The notes under the pieces: model-generated
What the model saw: only the letters and a program-made list of their open reading frames with translations
What the model was told of the DNA's origin: nothing
Database searches by the model: none
Assembly: GCA_965207885.1 (NCBI GenBank)
Contig: OZ242311.1
Coordinates: forward strand, 5,440,001 to 5,504,000
Direction: 5' to 3'
Length of the DNA: 64,000 nt
Source of the DNA: Candidatus Latescibacterota bacterium
GTDB lineage: Bacteria > Latescibacterota > UBA2968
Position numbers and translations under genes: made by a program
Part shown: in pieces, positions 28,074 to 37,617 of the stretch
Layout: every line of letters starts with the position of its first letter
How positions within the stretch are numbered: the first letter of the stretch is position 1

Positions 28074-29813
28074 TTACGCTGCGCTGGCCTTACTCCGAAT
28101 CTCCGTCAGATGGAAAGGCGTTGCCGCCCGTCCGCCCTCGGGTAGCCCAAGAGGCAATTTTACATCCAGCAAAAAGGGGCGTTCCTCGCCCTCCACCACA
28201 TCCAATCCCCGCGCAATAGCACCATCCAGATCCGACTCCTCATTGACCTGCATCCCCTCCACACCAAACCCCTCTGCAATTTTCACCGGATCAATCCCAT
28301 CCAGAACCACGCCCGGATATTCTCCCGTCTCCTTCATCACACCGCCCGCCCGCTCAAAATTAGTCGCCACAATCCCATAAGACCGATTATTTGGAATCAC
28401 AAAAAGCACCGGAATCTGGTGGTGGGCAGCCGTCCAAAGCCCGGAATCGGCATAATACATCGACCCATCGCCCACCAACCCAACTACGGGCTTGTGCGGC
28501 ACCGCCAGTTTCAACCCAATCGTACCACCAATCCCATAACCCTCCGATCCCCCAGCCGCCCGGACATAGGCATTGCGCCCCGCGCCATACGCATCTCCTC
28601 GACTATCTATTGGCAAAGCGTATTGCTCGACCATCATCAAACCACCGCCCAACCTCTCCAGCCCCCTATCAATTGCATCCACCAGCACATAGGGTCTCAC
28701 TTGCCCGGCCTCCTGTGCCACGCGCTTTGCCGCTGCTTTTCGCTTTGCGTGGAGTGAAGCAGCGTGCATCTCGGCGCGGGCGAGACGCTCGGCAAAAGAC
28801 ACCTGAGGCGAAGCGCGCTCAATACATTCAAGCGTCCTGAACTCATCTGCCAAAATCGCGAGATCCAATCCCGGAAGATTCGTAAAATTCTCGACATCTG
28901 GCCCAATCCCAATCAGGCGTTGCGCCCCCGACAACGCATCGAAATCCTGGAGTTTTCCGCGACCATTGTGACGCACGCCAATGCACACAATCAGATCGGG
29001 TGACACCTCGGCAATAGCCTCTGCGATCCGCCCGCAGTGCAGGCTGTGGCTTTGCGGAGTCCTGCGCATCTCCGTCCATGTACCCGCAATCGGGCAGCCA
29101 TACTGCTCGGCCAACGCCATAACCCGCGCCTCTGCCCCGCTCTTCCAAATACCGTCCCCAACATAAAACAGCGGCCGCTGGGCATCGGACAACGCGCGAA
29201 TAACGGCTTCGACATCCTCATCTGCCGGATAACCCGCCCGCACAGACTGAATCTCCCCCTCAATAATCTCTGTACTCACCATATCATTTCCGAGCAACCG
29301 ATCGTAAACAGCGAGATGAACCGGACCGACCGGCGGTGTTTTGGCAACGCGCAGTGCGCGCTCAATCGCCTGCGGCAAGCCATCCGATTCAATCACCGTC
29401 CAGCTCGCCTTGGTAAAAGGCTCTGCAATCGAAGTCGGCCCCACATTATGCGTCAAATCCAGACCCACCCGGTCTCCATAACTCCCCGTATCCCCCGCAA
29501 ACGTGAGCACCACAACGGGCAGACTACCACTCCAGACATTGATCAACTGCCCCAAACACTGCGCCAATCCGGCACCCAGATGGACGACCATCACAGCCGG
29601 ATCGAGATTCCCCTGCGTATATCCCCCCGCCATCGCGGCCACACTACCCTCGTGAAGTGCCAGAATACCGTGAACATTGGGATTTATGTGGAGCGCATCA
29701 AAAAAGAGAGCCTCCCGAGAGCCAGAGTTGTTAAACACATACTGCACACCCAGCGCGGCGAGTTGTTCTACGATAATTTCGGATGGGGTTGCTGTAATAG
29801 ATCTCTTTTTCAT
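28074..29813 (-). CDS. Thiamine-diphosphate-dependent enzyme (benzoylformate decarboxylase/acetolactate synthase-like)
   Basis: ALHEGSV (catalytic Glu), GPVHL, TPP motif GDGSMYY...NNRSYG. Confidence 0.88.
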   Translation of the reverse strand: MKKRSITATPSEIIVEQLAALGVQYVFNNSGSREALFFDALHINPNVHGILALHEGSVAAMAGGYTQGNLDPAVMVVHLGAGLAQCLGQLINVWSGSLPVVVLTFAGDTGSYGDRVGLDLTHNVGPTSIAEPFTKASWTVIESDGLPQAIERALRVAKTPPVGPVHLAVYDRLLGNDMVSTEIIEGEIQSVRAGYPADEDVEAVIRALSDAQRPLFYVGDGIWKSGAEARVMALAEQYGCPIAGTWTEMRRTPQSHSLHCGRIAEAIAEVSPDLIVCIGVRHNGRGKLQDFDALSGAQRLIGIGPDVENFTNLPGLDLAILADEFRTLECIERASPQVSFAERLARAEMHAASLHAKRKAAAKRVAQEAGQVRPYVLVDAIDRGLERLGGGLMMVEQYALPIDSRGDAYGAGRNAYVRAAGGSEGYGIGGTIGLKLAVPHKPVVGLVGDGSMYYADSGLWTAAHHQIPVLFVIPNNRSYGIVATNFERAGGVMKETGEYPGVVLDGIDPVKIAEGFGVEGMQVNEESDLDGAIARGLDVVEGEERPFLLDVKLPLGLPEGGRAATPFHLTEIRSKASAA

Positions 29814-29996
29814 ACCCCTGACCTCCTTGGCAATTTGTCCTCAAAAAAATCCATTGTGAAGTATGATAACCTCGCACCCAGAACAGCACAAGCAATACCA
29901 GAACAGGTGAGATTTCCATTGTCGCGCTCGGGATGCACTTTATATTGCTGCGGCAAAACCACCATATCTTCAGAGTTTTATTAACAGGAGACCACA

Positions 29997-31079
29997 ATGA
30001 AAATCACAGATATCAAAATGACAGTTGTAAAACAACACCTGGAGAAACCATTCTGGAACTCGATTGTCACCACGCGCTCCAAGTCCCGCACCAGATTGGA
30101 GATCTATACAAATGAGGGCCTCACGGGCATGACCATGTGTTCGGGATCTGTTCGAACAAAACTGAACACCCTAAAAGAAAAATTGATCGGCGAAGATCCC
30201 ATGCGAATCGCGTATTTGTGGGAAAAACTATTCATGGGCGGCACGCGCAAACCCATAGCCAAAGGCGAATACATCAACGCAATCAGCGCAGCCGACAACG
30301 CCCTCTGGGACTTAAAAGGCAAAGCATTCAATCAACCCGTGTGGAAATTGCTCGGCGGCGTACAAAACAAACTGTGGGCCTATGCCGCAGGTGGATATTA
30401 CGAAGAAGGCAAAGGAATACCAGAACTCTGCGAAGAAATGACAACCTATGTAAGCCAGGGATTTCAAGCAGTAAAAATGAAAGTGGGATGGCCCGGCATC
30501 ACATTGAAAGAAGACGCAGAACGAGTGCATGCCGTACGCAAAGCCATAGGCGACGACATCGCCCTGATGATCGACGCGAACAATGCCTGGGACGCGCATA
30601 CCGCAATTCGATTTGGACGCATGATCGAAGCCTACGACCCCTACTGGTATGAAGAACCCGTGCGCCCGGATGATCTCGAAGGCTCGGCACTCGTCGCCGA
30701 GGCACTGGACTATCCGGTTGCCAGTGGAGAAAACGAAGCCACGCGCTGGGGATTTCGCGACCTGATCGAACGCGGCGGTGTACGCATCGTCCAGGCCGAT
30801 CCAAACAACTGTGGCGGAATCAGCGAATGGATGAAAATTGCGGCCATGGCCAGCGCCCATCATTTGCAAATGGCCCCGCATGGGCAGGGAGCCCTGGGTT
30901 GCGTCTTAGTCGCCGCAGTAGATAATGGACTGGTAGTGGAAAATTACCTGCGAAACTTCAGCACAGATATGGTAGGCGATTTAGAATTTAAAGACGGACA
31001 TGTCATTATGAACGACGCGCCCGGCCTCGGCATTGAATGGAATGAAGACCTGATCGAAAGATATGGAGAAAAGTATTAG
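29997..31079 (+). CDS. Mandelate racemase/muconate-lactonizing enzyme family protein
   Basis: DNALWDLKGK, KMKVG, MIDAN, WYEEP, SGENE, GGISEW, APH. Confidence 0.92.
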   Translation: MKITDIKMTVVKQHLEKPFWNSIVTTRSKSRTRLEIYTNEGLTGMTMCSGSVRTKLNTLKEKLIGEDPMRIAYLWEKLFMGGTRKPIAKGEYINAISAADNALWDLKGKAFNQPVWKLLGGVQNKLWAYAAGGYYEEGKGIPELCEEMTTYVSQGFQAVKMKVGWPGITLKEDAERVHAVRKAIGDDIALMIDANNAWDAHTAIRFGRMIEAYDPYWYEEPVRPDDLEGSALVAEALDYPVASGENEATRWGFRDLIERGGVRIVQADPNNCGGISEWMKIAAMASAHHLQMAPHGQGALGCVLVAAVDNGLVVENYLRNFSTDMVGDLEFKDGHVIMNDAPGLGIEWNEDLIERYGEKY

Positions 31080-31086
31080 AGGATGT

Positions 31087-32187
31087 TCAATTCCCGTCCC
31101 GCTCTGAGTTTCGTCGCGCGATCCGTTCGAGTTGCGGCTGGATAGAAGACATCACAGCCGCGAATACGACGAGCGCCCATCCAACCGACAAAATCATCTG
31201 GGCACCTACGAGTGCCCACGCGGCGGGCGAGACCGGGACAATAGCAGTATAGTCTCTGGTGAGTGCCCTGAAAAACGAGAAAGCCACCCAATCCACAATT
31301 TCGGTATCGCTACCGCCAGTGAAAGAACCGGGGATAAACCGCTCCAGCGTACCATAGAACCCGGCGAACAGAATGATAATAGTGAGATAACCAATCGCAA
31401 AACCCCCGATTGGCACCCACATCACGCGGAGATAATCAGCGAGTTGGACATATACGCGGAGCCGTGGCTGCATCCAAACAGCAATGGCGCGACCAAGAAG
31501 AAAAAAGATAGTCGGTATCCCCAACTGCGACACTGAGACGAACAAGACGACCCCATGCAGAGGAGGCCCTTCATCGTTAAACTGCCAGTCCCCAATGATG
31601 AGCGCAGCATATAGGGCGAAGGTACCGATAATCAGCAAGACCGGCGGTCGGGAATAGCGCCGCCCGTCGAGATTACGACTGAAGAAGCCCGCGATAAGTG
31701 CCATTGTTGGCATGAGCGCAAGAGGCACAATAAAACCAATCGGCCCCAGTACAGGCAGCAGGCCAAAAGCAAGCAAAACACACATCATCAACGACTCAAG
31801 GCTCGCTTCCCGATATGTCTGGAAGCGCGTTGTTCTAAGCCCGTCAATCAAACCAACACCGAGACCGAGAACTGGCGGGATGCAAACGCCTGGTCCATAA
31901 GCAAAGTCCTGACCACCCACAATCAGCACCATAACCATCCCGAGAACCGACCCAACCAGGATACCCACCGACAGGCCATTCCGCTCGCCCATGCGCAGGC
32001 TCAACCCAACACCAATCGCCAGGCCGCAACCCGCCCCCATCAGGAGGTAGTCGTGTTCACTAGTAATGGCATAGCCAAAAGGAACGACAACAATGGCAAT
32101 GCCGACCGCAACCCGTACAGCCTGCCAGATCACGCGGATCAGGCCCAACAGCGACAGGCGACCCTCTGGAAACTGGATAATAGGCAT
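31087..32187 (-). CDS. Polytopic membrane protein with a C-terminal two-TM ion-channel-like (Ion_trans_2) domain
   Basis: Gly-rich TM helices; C-terminal LFAGFY..LE...PGSF...WVAFSFFRALTRDYTAIVPVS..AW.L...Q resembles a pore module. Confidence 0.55.
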   Translation of the reverse strand: MPIIQFPEGRLSLLGLIRVIWQAVRVAVGIAIVVVPFGYAITSEHDYLLMGAGCGLAIGVGLSLRMGERNGLSVGILVGSVLGMVMVLIVGGQDFAYGPGVCIPPVLGLGVGLIDGLRTTRFQTYREASLESLMMCVLLAFGLLPVLGPIGFIVPLALMPTMALIAGFFSRNLDGRRYSRPPVLLIIGTFALYAALIIGDWQFNDEGPPLHGVVLFVSVSQLGIPTIFFLLGRAIAVWMQPRLRVYVQLADYLRVMWVPIGGFAIGYLTIIILFAGFYGTLERFIPGSFTGGSDTEIVDWVAFSFFRALTRDYTAIVPVSPAAWALVGAQMILSVGWALVVFAAVMSSIQPQLERIARRNSERDGN

Positions 32188-32228
32188 TGCGAGACACTCC
32201 CTTTAATTAGCGCGTGGCCAAAATAATC

Positions 32229-33032
32229 TCATCCTGCAATCACCTCTCGCAGGTGGGCAACCGCCAGTCGGATCACCTCTGTATCGTCGCACGCATTCAA
32301 ATCCTTGCCTTCAAAAACCACCGAAACCGTGCCATTGAAGTCCACATCCTTCAGGATCTGAATAATCCGCGGATAATCCAGCCACGCCTCCTCCCCCGTA
32401 TCGATCTTGTAAAACTTGGCCCGAACGTGGGACGTATATGGCGCCGTCTGTTCCATAAACGCATAGATATCCACCTCTGGATCCGGCACCCCATGGTTCC
32501 GCGCGGGCGATCCGACCCACTGTCCGGTGTCCATAATAAGCGTAAAATTTTCTCGATCTGTCTGTTCCAGAATCCGCAGCACATCTTCCCCTGTAGAAGG
32601 ATGGTTCTGTAGCCCTACGGCGATCCCCTTCTCTGCGGCATAATCGGCCGCATCCTGAAAACACCGAATCTCCCGCCTCTGCGCTTCGGCTTCTTCCAGC
32701 GGGGCCCCACAAAACAGCCGAATCATGGGCGCACCTATAAACGCCGCCGTATCCACATCTGCTCTGACCTGAGCCAGTTTCTCAGCCAGATCCACATCGG
32801 ACCCCACAAAATGCCCACCCGAAGCCAGATACCCGATTGACAGCCCGTATCGGAGACACCGCATCTTCACCTCGAGCAAGTACGCCGGTTGCTTCGACCG
32901 GAATCCGCGCCCGCTGTGGAAATCGATCACATCCAGCTTCAGTTGGTACGCCAGTTGAATATAGCTCTCCACACTCTCCAGACGAGGCGGATCATCCTTC
33001 CCAAACATCGAAGCGTAAACACCTACTTTCAT
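32229..33032 (-). CDS. Sugar phosphate isomerase/epimerase (AP_endonuc_2 TIM barrel)
   Basis: GAPMIRLFCG, GLQNH, MDTGQW, HVRAK, SVVFEG. Confidence 0.82.
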   Translation of the reverse strand: MKVGVYASMFGKDDPPRLESVESYIQLAYQLKLDVIDFHSGRGFRSKQPAYLLEVKMRCLRYGLSIGYLASGGHFVGSDVDLAEKLAQVRADVDTAAFIGAPMIRLFCGAPLEEAEAQRREIRCFQDAADYAAEKGIAVGLQNHPSTGEDVLRILEQTDRENFTLIMDTGQWVGSPARNHGVPDPEVDIYAFMEQTAPYTSHVRAKFYKIDTGEEAWLDYPRIIQILKDVDFNGTVSVVFEGKDLNACDDTEVIRLAVAHLREVIAG

Positions 33033-33047
33033 AGCAAACCTCTCAAT

Positions 33048-33425
33048 TCAGGCGTGATCGGATTCGCGCCGAAACAATTGCAGGAGCACATCATTCGGCC
33101 CCTTAAAAAAGCTCAACCGGATATCGGTTCCCTCGGCGTCGAAAGGCTCCACGGCAATATCCACGCCCTTGTCCTCGAGTTCCCGGGCGCTGTCGTCAAC
33201 ACTATCGACCTTAAAGGATATGTGGTGAAAGCCCACTTCTGCGTCCATGGTCTTTTGGGGCATCAGCTCCAGAATGATATCTCCGGCCTGCAAAAAGACG
33301 AAATCCTCGTCATCCTCGTTGTGAAAGCGCTCAATTTCCACCAGGCCCAGAGTCCGGGTATAAAACCGCACGGCCCCTTCGATATCGTCGCTGACCAGGG
33401 CAATTTTATGGATATTGTCGATCAT
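33048..33425 (-). CDS. VOC/glyoxalase-family protein
   Basis: IHKIALV..D...AVRFYT..LG, LELM, HHISFKV, FFKGPND. Confidence 0.88.
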   Translation of the reverse strand: MIDNIHKIALVSDDIEGAVRFYTRTLGLVEIERFHNEDDEDFVFLQAGDIILELMPQKTMDAEVGFHHISFKVDSVDDSARELEDKGVDIAVEPFDAEGTDIRLSFFKGPNDVLLQLFRRESDHA

Positions 33426-33483
33426 GTCCTTCTCCTGTCGTTAGGATCGAAAAACCCTCAATCTTATTTTGGCTACTGCTACT

Positions 33484-34491
33484 TCAAACATTCCACACCC
33501 GCTCGAATAAATTCATCCAATTTCCGCCCAACAGCCTGGTGATATCCTCGGCGCTGTACCCGCGATTGACGAGTGCCTCAGCCAGATTGGGAAACTCCGC
33601 CGGACTGTCAATTCCCTTCGGTTGAAAGCTCAGTTCGGTGTATGGCACCGAGCCATCGGCAAAAGTCGAGGGAAACTTCGTACCCTGCTGCGAACCGATA
33701 TAATGCCAGAACTCGAGCGGCTGATCGTGCGTGGAATCCGTCCCAATAGCCACGTGATCAATGCCGATCCGCTCAACCATATCGTCGATAGCATCGACGA
33801 AATCCTCGACAGTCGAATCGAATCCTTTGGGAAGAAAATGGGCATAAGACGTGGCACCCACAACGCCCCCCTTTTCGGCGAGCAACTTGAGCGCATCCTC
33901 TTCCTTGTTCCGCGGATGACCGCAAAAACTGCGCGCATTGGCATGGGTAATGGCGACTGGCTGCTCGGACATCTCAATAGCATCCATCGTCGTTTTCGGA
34001 CCGACATGCGACAGGTCAATAACAATACCGAGCCGGTTCATTTCGCGCACCGCATCCACGCCAAAATTACTCAGACCGCCATCGGTTCGCTCCCAGCAAC
34101 CGCTACCCAGCAAATTGGTCTCGTGATAGGTCAGTTGAATCACCCGCACGCCGAGGGCGAGAAACAGCCCCAGGCGATCCAGCTCGTTTTCTATGGGCGA
34201 AGCATTCTGAAAACTGAGAATGATCCCAGTTTTGCCCTGCTCTTTGGCGGCATAAATATCGGCCGTCTCTTTCACCTGCAAAATATCATCGCGCTCGCGA
34301 AAGCGCCGCATCCACGCCGATAGATGCGCCATCGTCTGCAAAAAATTTTCCCACGTAGCCACCGTGGCATTGATCGCGGTAATATTGCCAGCTCGCAAAC
34401 GCCTGAACACCGCATCGCTCTCCCAGTTGCTAATGCTCAGGCCATCTATCACAATCGCCTCATCGTAGATCTTCCTCGCGTCCGTACTCAT
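33484..34491 (-). CDS. Membrane dipeptidase (M19)-family amidohydrolase
   Basis: GVRVIQLTY, IDLSH, ITHAN, HPRNK, DHVAIGTD, LGGNW. Confidence 0.88.
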   Translation of the reverse strand: MSTDARKIYDEAIVIDGLSISNWESDAVFRRLRAGNITAINATVATWENFLQTMAHLSAWMRRFRERDDILQVKETADIYAAKEQGKTGIILSFQNASPIENELDRLGLFLALGVRVIQLTYHETNLLGSGCWERTDGGLSNFGVDAVREMNRLGIVIDLSHVGPKTTMDAIEMSEQPVAITHANARSFCGHPRNKEEDALKLLAEKGGVVGATSYAHFLPKGFDSTVEDFVDAIDDMVERIGIDHVAIGTDSTHDQPLEFWHYIGSQQGTKFPSTFADGSVPYTELSFQPKGIDSPAEFPNLAEALVNRGYSAEDITRLLGGNWMNLFERVWNV

Positions 34492-34506
34492 CAGCCTGTT
34501 CCTCCA

Positions 34507-35607
34507 TCAATAATCCGACACTGCCCCATCCCGGAGCCTCGCATTCGGCCACTCGAATGGACGCGCTGGACTCTTACCCACTTCAATTGCGCGCGCTTCA
34601 TTGACCTCAACCCCCAGCCCGGGTCCCTCGGGCAACGACACATAACCTTCGTCATCCATTTCCCAGGTCTTAATCGCCACATCTTCGGGAAGCACACCCG
34701 CGTACCCCTCGTGAATCAAAAACATCGGCACCGACGCCGCCACATGCAGACTCGCCGTCAAACCCAGATGGGACATCGTGCAATGCGGCGCAATGGGAAC
34801 AAAATGCGCTTCGGCGAGTGCAGCCACCTTCTTCATCTGGGTAATCCCCCCACCGTGACCGCAATCCGGCTGAAGCACATCAATCACCTGCGCCTCCAAA
34901 ATCTCCCGCACCTCCCAGATCGTTCGATCCCGCTCACCCGTCGCAAGGGGCACCGGCACCATCTCGCGGACCTTCTTCATATTCTCTATATTCCCCGGCA
35001 CCCACGCCTCTTCCAAAAACAGCAAATCATCGGACTTCAAATAGCCCGCAAACTGCCTGACCAGAGGCGGTGGCAAACAGCTATGTGCATCAAACATCAC
35101 GGCACCATCGTGCCCCACCTTCTCCCTCGCATCTTTAATCTTCTGAACAATTGCCTCAATCTCGGCAGGCGTACCCGCAAAATACTGGGCACCGCCCGGC
35201 CCCGTCTTAATCGCCTTTGGACTTGGATACATCCATATCTTGTCCCGACACGGACCGCCCAACAGGCGATACACCGGAACCCCGTGCAGCTTCCCACAGA
35301 TATCCCACAGCGCCATATCAATCGCGGAAATCGTGTGAACCATCAGACCGCCGTTGCGGATATTGCGATGTGCGCGGAACATCCGCTGCCAGAGGTGCTC
35401 CGTACGCGTGGGATTCTCTCCAATAATCAACTCGGAAAGCGACTCTGCAAGCGCGCAAGTCACCTTTGTATCCATATTATTGATCTCACCCCAGCCCGTA
35501 ATCCCGACATTCGTCTCGATCTTGACATACCCCTTCACCCCAATCGGTATCGCAGTCAAATCCGCAACGCGAATACGCGATGCTCTGTCTTCGTGATCAT
35601 TGCTCAT
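34507..35607 (-). CDS. Galactonate-dehydratase-like enolase-superfamily enzyme
   Basis: SAIDMALWDI.GK, MFDAH, FLEE, ATGER, QPD..HGGGITQ, APH; start at ATG 35607 after GGGAGG. Confidence 0.88.
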   Translation of the reverse strand: MSNDHEDRASRIRVADLTAIPIGVKGYVKIETNVGITGWGEINNMDTKVTCALAESLSELIIGENPTRTEHLWQRMFRAHRNIRNGGLMVHTISAIDMALWDICGKLHGVPVYRLLGGPCRDKIWMYPSPKAIKTGPGGAQYFAGTPAEIEAIVQKIKDAREKVGHDGAVMFDAHSCLPPPLVRQFAGYLKSDDLLFLEEAWVPGNIENMKKVREMVPVPLATGERDRTIWEVREILEAQVIDVLQPDCGHGGGITQMKKVAALAEAHFVPIAPHCTMSHLGLTASLHVAASVPMFLIHEGYAGVLPEDVAIKTWEMDDEGYVSLPEGPGLGVEVNEARAIEVGKSPARPFEWPNARLRDGAVSDY

Positions 35608-35764
35608 ACATACCTCCCGTAGAAGTGTAACGCGCATACTGTGGTCGAACAGCTTGACCAAACAGAGTGTAATTTAGCGTTTGAAAAAAAATATGGTATC
35701 TTTATTTTACCATGCCAACGACACGCGAGTAGAAAGCACCAAACTTTACCCGAGAAATAATAAA

Positions 35765-37588
35765 ATGACCTGTGCAACACTGTCAGTAAAAACGCGCCAA
35801 CAACCACCCGACTGGGCCGTGCGTCAGCGCCAACTAATAGCGATAATGGACCGCGCTGCCCACCCTTTTGTCGAACACAGCACCCGGTCGGACGGCACCC
35901 TGATCCAACGCACGGTATGGACGAGCATGGACGGCACGGACAACGGCTATGAGGCCTTCCTCTCCTTCCCCCTCTTCTATCTGCTGGGCGGTGGCGATCA
36001 CATCCACAGGATCGCCCGCAAAGAGTGGGACGCCATCACCTATCAATACGCCAACTACGGCACAGTGGATCGGGAATTCGTCACGGGCTTCGACTGGTTC
36101 CACCACTCCGAGAGCTATACCTACATATACTATCTGGCCATGGCCGACCCCAAAAACCACATTGACCGCACCCGCGCCCTGCGCTACGCCGCCATGTACA
36201 CTGGCGAGGATCCGCTGGCACCCAACTGGGATACCCAGCACTGCATGATCCGCTCGCCCCTCAACGGCAGCAAAGGACCGCGCTTTGTAACCACCCAGAC
36301 CGATTGGGACTACCACCGCCCCATTCTCTCCGGGTACCTCGCTCCGTATGAAGACATAGAAGGTGCTGACAGTTCTGACCCCCTCTTCAAGGTCGATTGG
36401 ACCGACGACCGGATCTTCACCCGGGTACTCGACCAGATCAATCAGCGCATGACCCGCGGCGACGTGCCCCTCAACCTGAGTGCCACCAGCCTGATTACCA
36501 ACGCGTACCTCTACACAGGCGAAGACAAGTACCGGCAGTGGGTACTGGATTATTTGCAAGCCTGGGAAGCTCGCTGCGCCGCCAATGATGGCATCATGCC
36601 CGACAATATCGGTCCCAACGGCATCATCGGCGAGTTGATGGACGGCAAGTGGTGGGGCGGGTACTACGGCTGGCGCTGGCCGCATGGCGCGCGCAATATT
36701 GTCGAGCCGTCCCTCGTGGCTGGCAGTTGCGCCCTGCTCATGACCGGCGACATGTCGCATCTGGACCTGGCCCGCTCACAACTCGATATGCTCTGGGAAA
36801 ACCGGCGCAAGGAGAACGGTCAGATCCAGGTACCAGCACGTCACGGCAACCGTGGCTGGTTCGACTTCCGCCCGCCCGATCCCTATTTGTACATCCACCT
36901 GTACTACCTGAGCCAGAGCGCCGAGGACCTGGCCCGTCTCGATGAGATCTTCCCGGGACGCAAAGGCTTTGCGGGTCTGCCACCCGACTGGGGCGCTGCC
37001 AAGGCTGGTATCTGCCCCCCAAAAGCCTGGTTCGCCTTTACCGAAGGCAAAAATCCTGCCTACCTCGACCAGGTCTTCGACTCGACCTATTCCAGCATCT
37101 GCCGCAGCCTGGAGCGTTTGGAAAGCGATGACAGCGACCCGGAAACGCGCGAATGCTACCACTTCCAGAAACTCAATCCAGTGCTACCCGAAGCCCTCAT
37201 CCAAATGGCCATGGGCACGCCTGCGGCCATATACAACGGCGGCATGCTACAGGCCCACCTGCGCTATTTTGACCCGCAACGCCACCGCCCGGGACTGCCC
37301 GAACACATCGCGGCTCTGGTTGACCGGGTCAGCGCCGACCAGGTCAGTGTATCGCTGGTAAATACCGATCCGGTGGAGAGCCGAGCCGTACTGCTCCAGG
37401 CCGGTTCCTTTGGCGAGCACTGCTTTACCCAGGCCCGCCTCGAAACCCGTGAAGACGCGGACCAGTCCGTCGAAGTGAACGGCAAATATCTCCAGGTACA
37501 TCTGGGTGCAGGTGCTCAGGCACGCCTGCACCTGGGACTGAAGCGCTTTGCCTTCCAGCCCTCCTATGCCCTCCCACCTTTTAAGTGA
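35765..37588 (+). CDS. Uncharacterised ~607-aa Trp/Tyr/Asp-rich protein (possible alpha/alpha-barrel enzyme)
   Basis: Long ORF with strong C-ending codon bias; motifs DGTDNGYE, DWFHHSE, GDVPLNL, KWWGGYYGWRWPHG; no family recognised. Confidence 0.75.
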   Translation: MTCATLSVKTRQQPPDWAVRQRQLIAIMDRAAHPFVEHSTRSDGTLIQRTVWTSMDGTDNGYEAFLSFPLFYLLGGGDHIHRIARKEWDAITYQYANYGTVDREFVTGFDWFHHSESYTYIYYLAMADPKNHIDRTRALRYAAMYTGEDPLAPNWDTQHCMIRSPLNGSKGPRFVTTQTDWDYHRPILSGYLAPYEDIEGADSSDPLFKVDWTDDRIFTRVLDQINQRMTRGDVPLNLSATSLITNAYLYTGEDKYRQWVLDYLQAWEARCAANDGIMPDNIGPNGIIGELMDGKWWGGYYGWRWPHGARNIVEPSLVAGSCALLMTGDMSHLDLARSQLDMLWENRRKENGQIQVPARHGNRGWFDFRPPDPYLYIHLYYLSQSAEDLARLDEIFPGRKGFAGLPPDWGAAKAGICPPKAWFAFTEGKNPAYLDQVFDSTYSSICRSLERLESDDSDPETRECYHFQKLNPVLPEALIQMAMGTPAAIYNGGMLQAHLRYFDPQRHRPGLPEHIAALVDRVSADQVSVSLVNTDPVESRAVLLQAGSFGEHCFTQARLETREDADQSVEVNGKYLQVHLGAGAQARLHLGLKRFAFQPSYALPPFK

Positions 37589-37617
37589 TCTACAGCCTGT
37601 TTTTCTGAGATATTCAC

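Noticed and set aside
26721-28145. 474-aa + strand ORF starting just after the sigma54-like motif
   Set aside because: The TTG start lies inside the promoter motif, the ORF crosses a terminator, and it is antisense to the Gfo gene with no recognisable domain.
34324-35622. 432-aa + strand ORF
   Set aside because: Antisense shadow of the dehydratase; His/Arg-rich nonsense composition.
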